Shown here: positions 1 to 9,041 of the stretch, one piece after another | How positions within the stretch are numbered: position 1 is the stretch's first letter | How the letters are laid out: each line of letters begins with the position of its first letter | Assembly: GCA_964365465.1 (NCBI GenBank) | Contig: CAYIPT010000003.1 | Location: 1 to 42,226 of the forward strand | Direction of reading: 5' to 3' | Length of the DNA: 42,226 nt | DNA from: an uncultured Candidatus Saccharibacteria bacterium | Lineage (GTDB): Bacteria > Patescibacteriota > Minisyncoccia > Phycocordibacterales > WO2-35-19 | Program-made: the position numbers and the translations under genes | Notes under the pieces: model-generated | Databases searched by the model: none | Seen by the model: only the letters and a program-made list of their open reading frames with translations | What the model was told of the DNA's origin: nothing

Positions 1-2
1 GT

Positions 3-1013
3 TCCAATGGTTCCTATGTCAGTCGTACCGGACCAAATTGTGAATTTGCCGCTTGTCCGGTTGCCGCCTTCTCTCAACCCATTCCAATAACTCCTATTAT
101 TGCCGCTAGCCCCGTCACCCTTCTTTCTCCCAACGGCGGAGAATGGAAAATGGGGAGCACATATAAAGTATATTGGAAGCAAACGCAAGATGCGGCAATA
201 ACGGTGATACTGCAGAACAAACAACTGGTAGAAGGGTATTCGCCCTGGTATAAAAATACGATTGTTAATTTTGCCGGGAAAACAGGAGAAAATGTTTATG
301 TTTGGACTGTCCCCTTCGGATTGAATCCACACACCGGCTATGAAATTTGCGTCTCAGGATTGTTTAACATAAATTCGGCAAATTCTATATCGGAAGATTG
401 CAGTGAGCCGCCTTTTTATATCAGTGAAAGCCAAACGACTTCCGTCTTAACGCCAAACACAGCGGCCGCAATAGAAAAATTTCCTGATCTGATAATAGAA
501 AAAATCAGCGTTGAATACACTGCCACAGGAATTGCCAGTGGTCCCGCTTACAAGTATTATGTTTATGTAAAAAATATAGGCAACGCTCCCGCGCCAAAAT
601 TTACCCTGCAAGTAACTCTTGAACCAAAACAGCCTCAAGCGGTAACTCCATCAACCAATGAAGGAGTGTCATATTTTTGGAACGGTCTCTCCGGCGTTTC
701 TATTCCCAATAACGACCTCGTTTCGGGCGACTATTTGAATCCGGGCGAAACAGACCGTTTTACCACTTACTTTAACCCTATTGAAAACGGTTACATAAAA
801 GTTACCGCTGTGGCGGATCCGTATGGAACAGTAAACGAATCAGACGAAAAAAATAATTACAAAAGCGAAAGTTTTTATGTAAATAAGGTCTATGATCTAC
901 CACCCACCTCTTCTGCTCCTTCCTCTTATTTGCGTCAAGATACCTTAAACCAGACAGCCAGTGTCATAAACTCCTTAAAATCAGTTCTGGAAAAAATGCT
1001 GGAAAATTTATAG
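3..1013 (+). CDS. Surface/secreted protein, 5'-truncated by the window: Cys-rich motif, Ig-like domain and CARDB-like domain
   Basis: Frame is open from base 3 (SNGSYVSRTGPNCEFAACP...LLSPNGGEWKMG), upstream of the listed ATG at 150. CARDB-like motifs PDLIIEKI, VKNIGNAPA, ADPYGTVNESDEKNN. Confidence 0.75.
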   Translation, partial: SNGSYVSRTGPNCEFAACPVAAFSQPIPITPIIAASPVTLLSPNGGEWKMGSTYKVYWKQTQDAAITVILQNKQLVEGYSPWYKNTIVNFAGKTGENVYVWTVPFGLNPHTGYEICVSGLFNINSANSISEDCSEPPFYISESQTTSVLTPNTAAAIEKFPDLIIEKISVEYTATGIASGPAYKYYVYVKNIGNAPAPKFTLQVTLEPKQPQAVTPSTNEGVSYFWNGLSGVSIPNNDLVSGDYLNPGETDRFTTYFNPIENGYIKVTAVADPYGTVNESDEKNNYKSESFYVNKVYDLPPTSSAPSSYLRQDTLNQTASVINSLKSVLEKMLENL

Positions 1014-1017
1014 TGGC

Positions 1018-1884
1018 ATGGCTCCAAAACATTATAATTACAGAAAAATCATAATCGGGGGAGTTATTGCATTGCTTGTTATAACTATAGGAGTGGGCGG
1101 ATATTATTTTTACAAAACTTCCAAAGAGCTTGATTTGACTAAAGTAGAGCTTGCTGATACAAAATTAAATTTGACCCAATCGCAAGAAAAAGTCGCAAGC
1201 TTGAGCAATGAATTGGGAACAGAAAAATACAAAAATTCTCTTTTTGGCGGGCAGATAAGCGAAATAGTCGGCACGGTCGGCAAGCTGGACAAATTATCAA
1301 AAACGGACAAAGAACTTTTGCAAAAATATTCCAAAGTATATTTTTTGAACGAAAACTATGTGCCGGAGGCGCTTGCCTCAATTCCTGGTGAATTTATTTA
1401 TGAAGCTGGTAAAGAAATGCAGATTCATATCAAAGTATTACCTTATCTTTTGGATCTTCTTAATGCAGCCAAAAATAATGGAATGGATTTGAAAATAATT
1501 TCCGCTTATCGTTCGTTTGGAGAGCAGAGCATTTTGAAGGGCGTTTACACTATCAGCTATGGCGACGGGGCCAATATGTTTTCAGCCGACCAAGGATATT
1601 CGGAGCACCAGTTGGGGACAACAGTTGATTTTACAACATCCTCCGTCGGCTCAAGTTTTTCCGGATTTTCCAAAACCAAAGAATACGAATGGCTTACCCA
1701 GAACGCTTACAAATACGGCTTTATAATTTCTTATCCGAAAGAAAACGCCTTTTACCAATATGAACCATGGCACTGGCGTTTTGTCGGCAAAAAATTATCC
1801 GAACGGCTTTATGCGGAAAAGCAAAACTTTTACGATTTGGACCAGCGAACCATTGATGCTTATCTTATAAATATTTTTGATTAG
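1018..1884 (+). CDS. Membrane-anchored D-alanyl-D-alanine carboxypeptidase (VanY/M15B family)
   Basis: N-terminal TM helix and coiled coil; SAYRS, SEHQLGTTVD and EPWHWRF motifs. Confidence 0.9.
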   Translation: MAPKHYNYRKIIIGGVIALLVITIGVGGYYFYKTSKELDLTKVELADTKLNLTQSQEKVASLSNELGTEKYKNSLFGGQISEIVGTVGKLDKLSKTDKELLQKYSKVYFLNENYVPEALASIPGEFIYEAGKEMQIHIKVLPYLLDLLNAAKNNGMDLKIISAYRSFGEQSILKGVYTISYGDGANMFSADQGYSEHQLGTTVDFTTSSVGSSFSGFSKTKEYEWLTQNAYKYGFIISYPKENAFYQYEPWHWRFVGKKLSERLYAEKQNFYDLDQRTIDAYLINIFD

Positions 1885-1904
1885 ATTATTGTAAGAGTAA
1901 AAAT

Positions 1905-2270
1905 ATGATAATAAATAAAAAGGCGACCAACATTTCTTTTACCCCGGCCATATCGGAATATATAGAAAAGAAAATAAATACTTTGGAAAAATTTTTTGGC
2001 GGAGGAGAAGTGCTGGTAAATATAGAAGTTGGTCGGACGACTAAACACCATAAGTCAGGAGATGTTTTTAGGGCCGAAATTCACATTAATACCAGAGGTG
2101 AAGAATATTACGCGGTAGCGGAAAAAGATGATCTTTATGCCGCTATTGACGAAGTCAAAGATGAAATCATCCATGAACTGACTTCCAGAAGAAAAAAGGC
2201 CATGCGTCTTTTTAGACGCGGAGGGGCCAAAATAAAAAATTTATTGAAAGCTATCTCTGGCCGCGCATAA
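1905..2270 (+). CDS. hpf: Ribosome hibernation promoting factor / RaiA family
   Basis: TPAISEYIEKKI...DLYAAIDEVKD pattern, 121 aa. Confidence 0.9.
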   Translation: MIINKKATNISFTPAISEYIEKKINTLEKFFGGGEVLVNIEVGRTTKHHKSGDVFRAEIHINTRGEEYYAVAEKDDLYAAIDEVKDEIIHELTSRRKKAMRLFRRGGAKIKNLLKAISGRA

Positions 2271-3663
2271 AATCCGCAAAAGACATTTCTTTTTTGCCTT
2301 CGGGAATCACTTTTTCTAAAATCAATTTTTTATCTTCAATGCGGGCCGATTTAACGTTGACTCTTATTTTTTTGCCGTTTCTCTCAAAAAAACAGAAAGC
2401 CACCGGCCACTGGTGGTAAGCGCGGATTTTTCTTAAATTTTTTTCCGGGCTATCCCCTAAATTTATTTCACCATCTTCCTTTTCTATCTTACCGCAAAAA
2501 GTGGCTTGATCATGATTTTGTTTTTTAACCTTTATTTTCCCTTCTAACCATTTGGGTATTATTTGAGCCAGTATTTGACCGCCCTTGCGCCCCAGCATTT
2601 CTGCCAAGCCCCTTTCGTAAGGGGGATTGTTGTTTTCCCACGATATTATTTTTTCTTCAGTCAAAATTGGCCCATGGTCCATTTCAGCATCCAGAAGCAT
2701 TATGGAAACTCCAGTTTCATTTTCCTGCAAAATGGCGCTTTTAATAGGAGAAGCTCCGCGTAGTTTTGGCAAAAGGGAAGGATGAACATTAAGAGTGCCT
2801 TTTGGGGGGATATCCAAAATTTCTTGAGGAATTATTTTGCCATAAGAAGCAACAAGAAATAACCCATAATCATTAATTTTTAACTTTGACACCAAATCAG
2901 CATTGTCTTTTTTTAATGACTTGGGGTCAATAACTTCTATTTTATTTTCTTGGGCCCATATTTTTACAGGAGTTGGGGTGAGTGCCAATTTTCGCCCCTT
3001 TGGTTTATCGGAAGTGGTAATAATCAACTCAGGCAAAATGCTGCAAGCTTTCAACTCATCTAAAACATAAACGCTAAATTGCGAACCGCCGAAGAAAACT
3101 AATTTCATAATAATTTTTTGCTCATTTTTATTTTCCGGCTTCATTTCTCTTAAGTTTGTCGCTTTATCGGTAAAAAGAATTCCGTTTAAATGATCAATTT
3201 CATGCTGGAATGCTTGCGACAGAAGGCCGGAACCACCCATAGTAAACGGTTTGCCGTTTTCATCATAAGCCCTGACCAATGTTTTTTGGGGCCTTTTTAC
3301 TTTGCCGTAAAGCCAGCGTATGGAAAGGCAGCCCTCTTCTGTCAGCATTTTTTCTTTTGAGGTTTTTATAATTTCTGGATTTATAAAAACCATATCTTCA
3401 TATTCTTTTTCAGAATTTTCTTTATTTTTTATTTTTTCTTCACTCATCATTTTAAATAATTTTTTTGATATCACAAAAATTCTCAAATTTTCTCCAATCT
3501 GCGGAGCGGCAATGGCCACCCCGTCTTCTTGGCTGTCCAACGCCTTTACCATTCTTCTTATAATGGTTTTCACTTTTCTGCTTCCAATATCTTCAATGGC
3601 CACCTCTTTAGCCACCTTCCTCAAAATTTTATTTTCTTTTTGGACAATCTCTTCTCCCGCCAT
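2251..3663 (-). CDS. def-fmt: Fused peptide deformylase / methionyl-tRNA formyltransferase
   Basis: Def motifs GVAIAAPQIG, EGCLS, QHEIDHLNG; Fmt motifs KLVFFG, LNVHPSLLPKLRGASPI, MDHGPI in one open frame. Start placed at ATG 3663. Confidence 0.92.
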   Translation of the reverse strand: MAGEEIVQKENKILRKVAKEVAIEDIGSRKVKTIIRRMVKALDSQEDGVAIAAPQIGENLRIFVISKKLFKMMSEEKIKNKENSEKEYEDMVFINPEIIKTSKEKMLTEEGCLSIRWLYGKVKRPQKTLVRAYDENGKPFTMGGSGLLSQAFQHEIDHLNGILFTDKATNLREMKPENKNEQKIIMKLVFFGGSQFSVYVLDELKACSILPELIITTSDKPKGRKLALTPTPVKIWAQENKIEVIDPKSLKKDNADLVSKLKINDYGLFLVASYGKIIPQEILDIPPKGTLNVHPSLLPKLRGASPIKSAILQENETGVSIMLLDAEMDHGPILTEEKIISWENNNPPYERGLAEMLGRKGGQILAQIIPKWLEGKIKVKKQNHDQATFCGKIEKEDGEINLGDSPEKNLRKIRAYHQWPVAFCFFERNGKKIRVNVKSARIEDKKLILEKVIPEGKKEMSFADFMRGQR

Positions 3664-3696
3664 ATTCGCTATTTTACAACAAAATTTAATCAAAAT

Positions 3697-5595
3697 CTAT
3701 AACAAATTATCCGGGTCTACTTTTATTTCAAAATGGGGAGGGAGGGATTTTAGGAGAGAGAAGAGATTTTCTTCTAGCCACTTTCCTTTTTTTAATTTGA
3801 TGACAATGTTAACGGCAAATTGCTTGCCTTTTTTTTCATGGATTGAATTGAAAATAGTTGGGCTATAACTGTCGAAAATACTTTTTAATTTTTCTGTTTC
3901 TCTAGTTGCAAAATTTTTAGTGCCTCTAGTAGTGATTTTTATGAAAATGCCGAAGGGAGGATAACCAAGCGCTTGTCGGTCCTCAATTTCTTTTTTGTAA
4001 AATTCTATTAAATTTCCGGCAACGGCAAATTCCACAGTGAGATCGCTTGAATTGCGAGTTTGAATTAAAAATTTTTCTTTGGCTAATTCCTTGGTTTGCA
4101 AGACCAAACGGAATATTTTTTCCCTGATGCGGAAATCGGGAATAGAAAAAAGAGAATCAAAAGAGGCAATGGCGGTATTAGCCACTTTTTTGTAAAGATA
4201 AGAAAAAGCCATTTCTGTGCCCAAAAGCACCGAACCCCTGTTTTCATAAAAATTTTTTATTATTTTTGAAGCTTTTGCGCCGGTTCCAGCAATATTTTTA
4301 TGCAATTCAAAAAGATTTATATCAGGAATACTTTTTTTTATCTCTTCTGCCACCTTGTCAATGCCGGAACCAAAGGCGGCCAATTTCCAACTGCCGCAAT
4401 TTCGGCAAACTTCGGCGGCATCTCGCGTTTCTTCGCATTGGTGGCATCTAAAAGCCCCGCCAATTTTGGTTTTATATAAAATCATAGGAGAGGAGCAATT
4501 TTTGCATTTAACTTGCTCGCCGCAATCGCGGCAAACGGTCACAGAAGAAAGACCTTTTCGAGCGGCAAATATAAACATATGAGAACCTTTTTCTGTTGTT
4601 TCTTTTATCAGATTCAATAATTCCGAGGACAAAGTTTTAAACTCTTTTTCTTTTTTATTTGTTTTTTTTAAATCAACGATGTTTGTTTTAATATCAGTTG
4701 GCAATCTCCATTTAACATTTTCAAATTCGGCCACTTCTCCTTGTTTGTATCTATGCAAAGTTTCCGTTCTTAAAAATAAATCCCCCATGACACAACGAAT
4801 ATTTTTTTTACTGGCCAAAGTTTCGGCAAAAAATCTCAAATCAATAAAAGGCCGGGCCAAAGTTTTCCAGCCGTTTTCGTTTTCTTTGTCTATAATAATG
4901 GCGCCAAAATCGTTTCTGGGTAAAAATAACCATCTGGCGGTAGCTATAATAAGTATGGGATGTGAAGTCAGATAAATCTTTTTTAATTCTTCCTTCAATT
5001 CTTTTTTATTCATATCTTTATGAAAAATGCATACAAACGATTCTATACCGCGCTCCAATTTTTCTTTGGCCTGTTTTATGTCTTCGTTTTGAGGTAAACA
5101 AAGAAAGACCGATCTTTTTTTGGCAAACTCTTCCCTAATAAGCGAGCGATAATGTATAAACCTTTCCTCGTCCGGCGTTTGTAAAATAGAGCCTTCTTCT
5201 TTCCTAAGGTGGCACCTTAGGAAATTTTTAAAAGGTGCCACCTTTGGGAAAAAAATATCCGGACTTTCCAAAACAAAAGCCGGAATCAGGTGAGATAAAA
5301 CACCGCCCTGGGTTGTGACAAAATATTCAGCCGTTTCTTTTACCGCCTCCAAAAATTCTTTTTGCAAAAATGGCTTGCTGACGAAATTGGAAATTTTTTT
5401 TAGTGAAAAATCGGCCGATTTTATTTCCGTTTTTGCGTCCGCGGCATCTCGGCTTTCCAAAACCAAGGCATTAATACTTTTACCCCTTAAATTTACTTTA
5501 AGCAAAGCGCCCGGCTCAAAACTTTCAGCCGAAAAATACGAGAGCGACTCTTTATTCAAACCCCCTGAAAACGGCAGGCATTCTATAATAAACAT
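3697..5595 (-). CDS. priA: Primosomal protein N' with degenerate helicase motifs
   Basis: Four CxxC motifs (CRDC, CKNC, CHQC, CRNC), PDFR.RE, LIQT, YPPF. Start placed at ATG 5595. Confidence 0.85.
   Translation of the reverse strand: MFIIECLPFSGGLNKESLSYFSAESFEPGALLKVNLRGKSINALVLESRDAADAKTEIKSADFSLKKISNFVSKPFLQKEFLEAVKETAEYFVTTQGGVLSHLIPAFVLESPDIFFPKVAPFKNFLRCHLRKEEGSILQTPDEERFIHYRSLIREEFAKKRSVFLCLPQNEDIKQAKEKLERGIESFVCIFHKDMNKKELKEELKKIYLTSHPILIIATARWLFLPRNDFGAIIIDKENENGWKTLARPFIDLRFFAETLASKKNIRCVMGDLFLRTETLHRYKQGEVAEFENVKWRLPTDIKTNIVDLKKTNKKEKEFKTLSSELLNLIKETTEKGSHMFIFAARKGLSSVTVCRDCGEQVKCKNCSSPMILYKTKIGGAFRCHQCEETRDAAEVCRNCGSWKLAAFGSGIDKVAEEIKKSIPDINLFELHKNIAGTGAKASKIIKNFYENRGSVLLGTEMAFSYLYKKVANTAIASFDSLFSIPDFRIREKIFRLVLQTKELAKEKFLIQTRNSSDLTVEFAVAGNLIEFYKKEIEDRQALGYPPFGIFIKITTRGTKNFATRETEKLKSIFDSYSPTIFNSIHEKKGKQFAVNIVIKLKKGKWLEENLFSLLKSLPPHFEIKVDPDNLL
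5195..5250 (-). repeat. REP-like palindromic doublet inside priA
   Basis: AAGGTGGCACCTT and its reverse complement AAGGTGCCACCTT; homologous to 7034-7090. Confidence 0.75.
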
Positions 5596-5667
5596 ATCAA
5601 GATTGTGGCAGAGATTTTGAATAAGCTCAATATTGCTCATTTTTTGATTGGCTTGTAGTATTTGGGT

Positions 5668-6681
5668 ATGGCGTTTTTATATAAAAAGTTGGGTATTGAT
5701 TTGGGGACGGCCAACACTCTTGTTTTTGTGCCTGGCAGAGGGGTGGTTTTGAACGAGCCGTCTGTGGTGGCTATTTCGCTTGAAGACAATAGGATTTTGG
5801 CCGTAGGGTCTGAAGCTAAAACCATGATAGGCCGAACACCCGAAGCCATCGTCGCTTATCGGCCGATGAAAGACGGAGTAATTGCCGATTACAAAGTGAC
5901 GGAGGCCATGCTTCGTTATTATATGAAAAAAGCCATGGGTGGTTGGAGTTTTATAAAACCGGAAGTGTTGATTAGCGTGCCGGCCGGCATTACTTCCACC
6001 GAAAGAAGGGCGGTCATTGAAGCGGCCATAAAAGCTGGCGCCAAAAATGCCTATGTGGTCAAAGAACCGATTTTGGCAGCCATCGGAGCCGACATTCCCA
6101 TTTATGAACCCAAGGGTCATATGATAGCGGACATAGGCGGAGGAACTACAGATGTGGCAGTCATATCTTTGGGCGGTATTGTTTCAGCCACCTCGGTTAA
6201 ATGCGCGGGCAACAGGATTGATGAAAGCATTGCCGATTACATAAAAAAAACTTTTAATTTGGCTATTGGGGACAAAACAGCCGAAGATATAAAAATAAAT
6301 ATCGGCTCGGCTCTGCCTTTGGACGAAGAGTTGTCAATGAATATAAAAGGCCGAGATCTTATTTCCGGTCTGCCGAGAGCTGTTGAAATTAAAACCAATG
6401 AAATAGTCAAAGCCATATCAAAAGAATTAAGAGAAGTTATAAAAGCCATAAAAGATGTTTTGCAGGAAACTCCGCCGGAGCTGGCGGCAGATATAATAGA
6501 CCACGGCATCATTATGACCGGAGGCACATCGGCTTTGCGCAACCTGCCAGAGCTTATATTCAGGAGAGTAGGAGTGAAGGCCTCTCTGGCCGAAAATCCG
6601 ATGTATTGCGTGGCCAAAGGCACCGGCATCGCTTTGGAACATTTGGGCGCTTATAAAAAAACCATAATTGCCAAAAGATAA
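5668..6681 (+). CDS. mreB: Rod shape-determining actin-like protein, copy 1 (MreB/Mbl)
   Basis: GIDLGTANT, NEPSVVA, DIGGGTTDVAVISLGG, TPPELAADI. Confidence 0.95.
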   Translation: MAFLYKKLGIDLGTANTLVFVPGRGVVLNEPSVVAISLEDNRILAVGSEAKTMIGRTPEAIVAYRPMKDGVIADYKVTEAMLRYYMKKAMGGWSFIKPEVLISVPAGITSTERRAVIEAAIKAGAKNAYVVKEPILAAIGADIPIYEPKGHMIADIGGGTTDVAVISLGGIVSATSVKCAGNRIDESIADYIKKTFNLAIGDKTAEDIKINIGSALPLDEELSMNIKGRDLISGLPRAVEIKTNEIVKAISKELREVIKAIKDVLQETPPELAADIIDHGIIMTGGTSALRNLPELIFRRVGVKASLAENPMYCVAKGTGIALEHLGAYKKTIIAKR

Positions 6682-7346
6682 TGCATCATGCCAATATTAT
6701 AATTAACAGAGAAGATTGCAAAAATTTTGTTTTTGGCATTTTGAAAAAAGATTTAAATTTTGAAATTAAAACCAACCCTGATTTTTTAATGATAGAGAAT
6801 GATGGTTTTGGCATTGATGATGCGCGAAATTTAAAAAAATGGGCCGTAGGAAAACCGTTGCTCGGCGAGACAAAAGTTTGTTTTGTAATTGCCAGATCTA
6901 TTACCCACGAAGCCCAAAATGCTTTGCTCAAAATTTTGGAAGAACCGACGCCAGGCACTTATTTTTTTATAAAATTGGAAGATCGGGGCGGACTTTTGCC
7001 CACTTTTTTGTCCAGAGTTAAAATTTTGGAAAATTCTCAAAGGGGAGCCCTTGAAGAAAATTCCCTAAGGGCTCCCCTTAGGAAAGAAAATGAAAATAAT
7101 GCCCATAAATTTTTGAATTCTGACAAAAAGGAAAAACTCTCTCTTATCCAAACTCTGTCAAAAAAAACAGATAAAACAGAAATGAAAGAGCTTATAAAGG
7201 ATTTAGAAAAAATTTATTATGAAAATTATATCAAAGATATTTCAAAAGCCGGAATTATGAAAAATGTTTTGACGGCCAAAATTTTTGCCACCGCTCGCGG
7301 CTCATCGCCTAAAATGCTTTTGGAGTGGCTGGCGTGTGTGATATAA
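6681..7346 (+). CDS. holB: DNA polymerase III delta-prime-like protein (short form)
   Basis: NPDF, GIDDAR, EAQNALLKILEEP, LLPTFLSR. Confidence 0.75.
   Translation: MHHANIIINREDCKNFVFGILKKDLNFEIKTNPDFLMIENDGFGIDDARNLKKWAVGKPLLGETKVCFVIARSITHEAQNALLKILEEPTPGTYFFIKLEDRGGLLPTFLSRVKILENSQRGALEENSLRAPLRKENENNAHKFLNSDKKEKLSLIQTLSKKTDKTEMKELIKDLEKIYYENYIKDISKAGIMKNVLTAKIFATARGSSPKMLLEWLACVI
7034..7090 (+). repeat. REP-like palindromic doublet inside the holB-like gene
   Basis: AAGGGGAGCCCTT (7040-7052) and reverse complement AAGGGCTCCCCTT (7067-7079). Confidence 0.75.
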
Positions 7347-7402
7347 TGGTTGTCAAGGACGCCCTTTTGGGACGGGGCATTTCAAAGGGCGTCTTTGACA
7401 AC

Positions 7403-7951
7403 ATGTTTAATTTTTCGGAACTAAAAGAAAATATAAAAGTAGTGGAAGAGTGGTTGCAAAAAGAGCTTTCAGTTATTCGCACAGGCAAAGCCACCCCGTC
7501 TATTCTTGATTTTGTGCAAGTGGAGGCCTATGGTTCAAAAATGGTAATTAAAGAGTTGGCTAATATTGTGGTTGAAGATGTCAAAACTGTGAGAATAGAA
7601 CCATGGGATGCCAGTGTCGGCAAAAATATTGAAAAAGCCATAAATTTATCAAATCTGGGATTATTGGTGGCGCCGTTTGAAAAGGGCTTGCGAATTATTT
7701 TTCCCGATCTTACCTCCGAAAGGAGAGAGCAATTTATCAAAGTAGTCAAGAGCAAACTGGAAGAAAGCAGAGTATCTCTGCGGGGCCTGCGCGATAAAAC
7801 AGGAAAAGTCATTGAAGAAAAAGAAAAAGCAGGAGGCATGGGAGAAGACGACAAATTCAGATTTAAGGAGGAAATGCAAAAAATAATAGACGAAGCGAGC
7901 AGAAAACTTGAAGAATTGGCAGGAAGAAAAGAGAAAGAAATAATCGGATAA
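7403..7951 (+). CDS. frr: Ribosome recycling factor
   Basis: IRTGKATPSILD, VEAYG, PDLTSERRE. Start placed at ATG 7403. Confidence 0.95.
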   Translation: MFNFSELKENIKVVEEWLQKELSVIRTGKATPSILDFVQVEAYGSKMVIKELANIVVEDVKTVRIEPWDASVGKNIEKAINLSNLGLLVAPFEKGLRIIFPDLTSERREQFIKVVKSKLEESRVSLRGLRDKTGKVIEEKEKAGGMGEDDKFRFKEEMQKIIDEASRKLEELAGRKEKEIIG

Positions 7952-7958
7952 AATAAGA

Positions 7959-9011
7959 ATGACATTTTTAATTTTTATAATTATTTTAGGAATTCTCGTT
8001 TTGGTTCACGAGTTGGGGCATTTTTTGGCTGCCAAAAAAGCGGGGGTGCAGGTAGATGAGTTTGGTTTTGGTTATCCACCGAGAGCTTTGAGAATAGGTA
8101 AAAGATGGGGGACTTTGTTTTCCTTGAACTGGATTCCTTTTGGCGGTTTTGTAAAAATTTTAGGAGAGAATTATGAGCCGCCTTCGCCAGAGAAGTCTGG
8201 CTTTGGCGAGCCAAGGGAAGGTAAAAATTTCACTCAAGTTTCTAAAAAATGGCAGGCGGCTATACTTGTGGCTGGAGTATCTTTCAATATTCTTTTTGCT
8301 TGGCTACTTTTTTCTTTGGGTTTTATGATCGGCTTGCCGACACCGGTGGAAAATAATTTTGGCTTAGCGGTTAAAAATCCGATTCTGACAGTAATAGATG
8401 TTATTCCTGATTCTCCTGCTCAAAATGCCGGTCTCAAATCTGGTGATAAGATTAAAAAAATGGAAAACAATTTTGCTGGAAATGTTTTGCTTGAAATTGA
8501 CAGAGGGGGCAAAAATTTAAATTTTGAAATTAAACCCGAAACAGGAATAGTGGAAAATAAAAAAATAATAGGTATTAATATGGATATGATAGGCACACTT
8601 TCTTTGCCCATTCATCGAGCTGTTTATGAGGGGGGCAAAACCACTTTTGAAATAATTTATCTGACCGTTGGGGGACTTTCAAATTTAATTAAAGATGCCG
8701 TGAGATGGAAGGCGGATATTTCTCAAGTGGCCGGTCCAGTCGGTATCATAAGTTTGGTAGGGGATGCTTCGCGGCTTGGTTTTGTTTATTTGATTACTTT
8801 CACCGCCCTTATTTCCATAAATTTGGCAATAATAAACCTAATTCCTTTTCCAGCTCTTGATGGCGGCCGCCTCCTTTTTGTAATTATTGAAGGCGTTACT
8901 AAAAGAAAAATAAATTCCAAAATCGCTGGTGTGTTAAACACCACCGGCTTCATTCTTCTCATATCTCTAATGCTTATTGTCACCTACCGTGATATTTTGA
9001 AATTGTTTTGA
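7959..9011 (+). CDS. rseP: RseP/M50 intramembrane metalloprotease with PDZ domain
   Basis: HELGH, PFGGFVK, NLIPFPALDGG. Confidence 0.93.
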   Translation: MTFLIFIIILGILVLVHELGHFLAAKKAGVQVDEFGFGYPPRALRIGKRWGTLFSLNWIPFGGFVKILGENYEPPSPEKSGFGEPREGKNFTQVSKKWQAAILVAGVSFNILFAWLLFSLGFMIGLPTPVENNFGLAVKNPILTVIDVIPDSPAQNAGLKSGDKIKKMENNFAGNVLLEIDRGGKNLNFEIKPETGIVENKKIIGINMDMIGTLSLPIHRAVYEGGKTTFEIIYLTVGGLSNLIKDAVRWKADISQVAGPVGIISLVGDASRLGFVYLITFTALISINLAIINLIPFPALDGGRLLFVIIEGVTKRKINSKIAGVLNTTGFILLISLMLIVTYRDILKLF

Positions 9012-9041
9012 TAAAAACCATTTTTCTGCTAATATTTTGAT

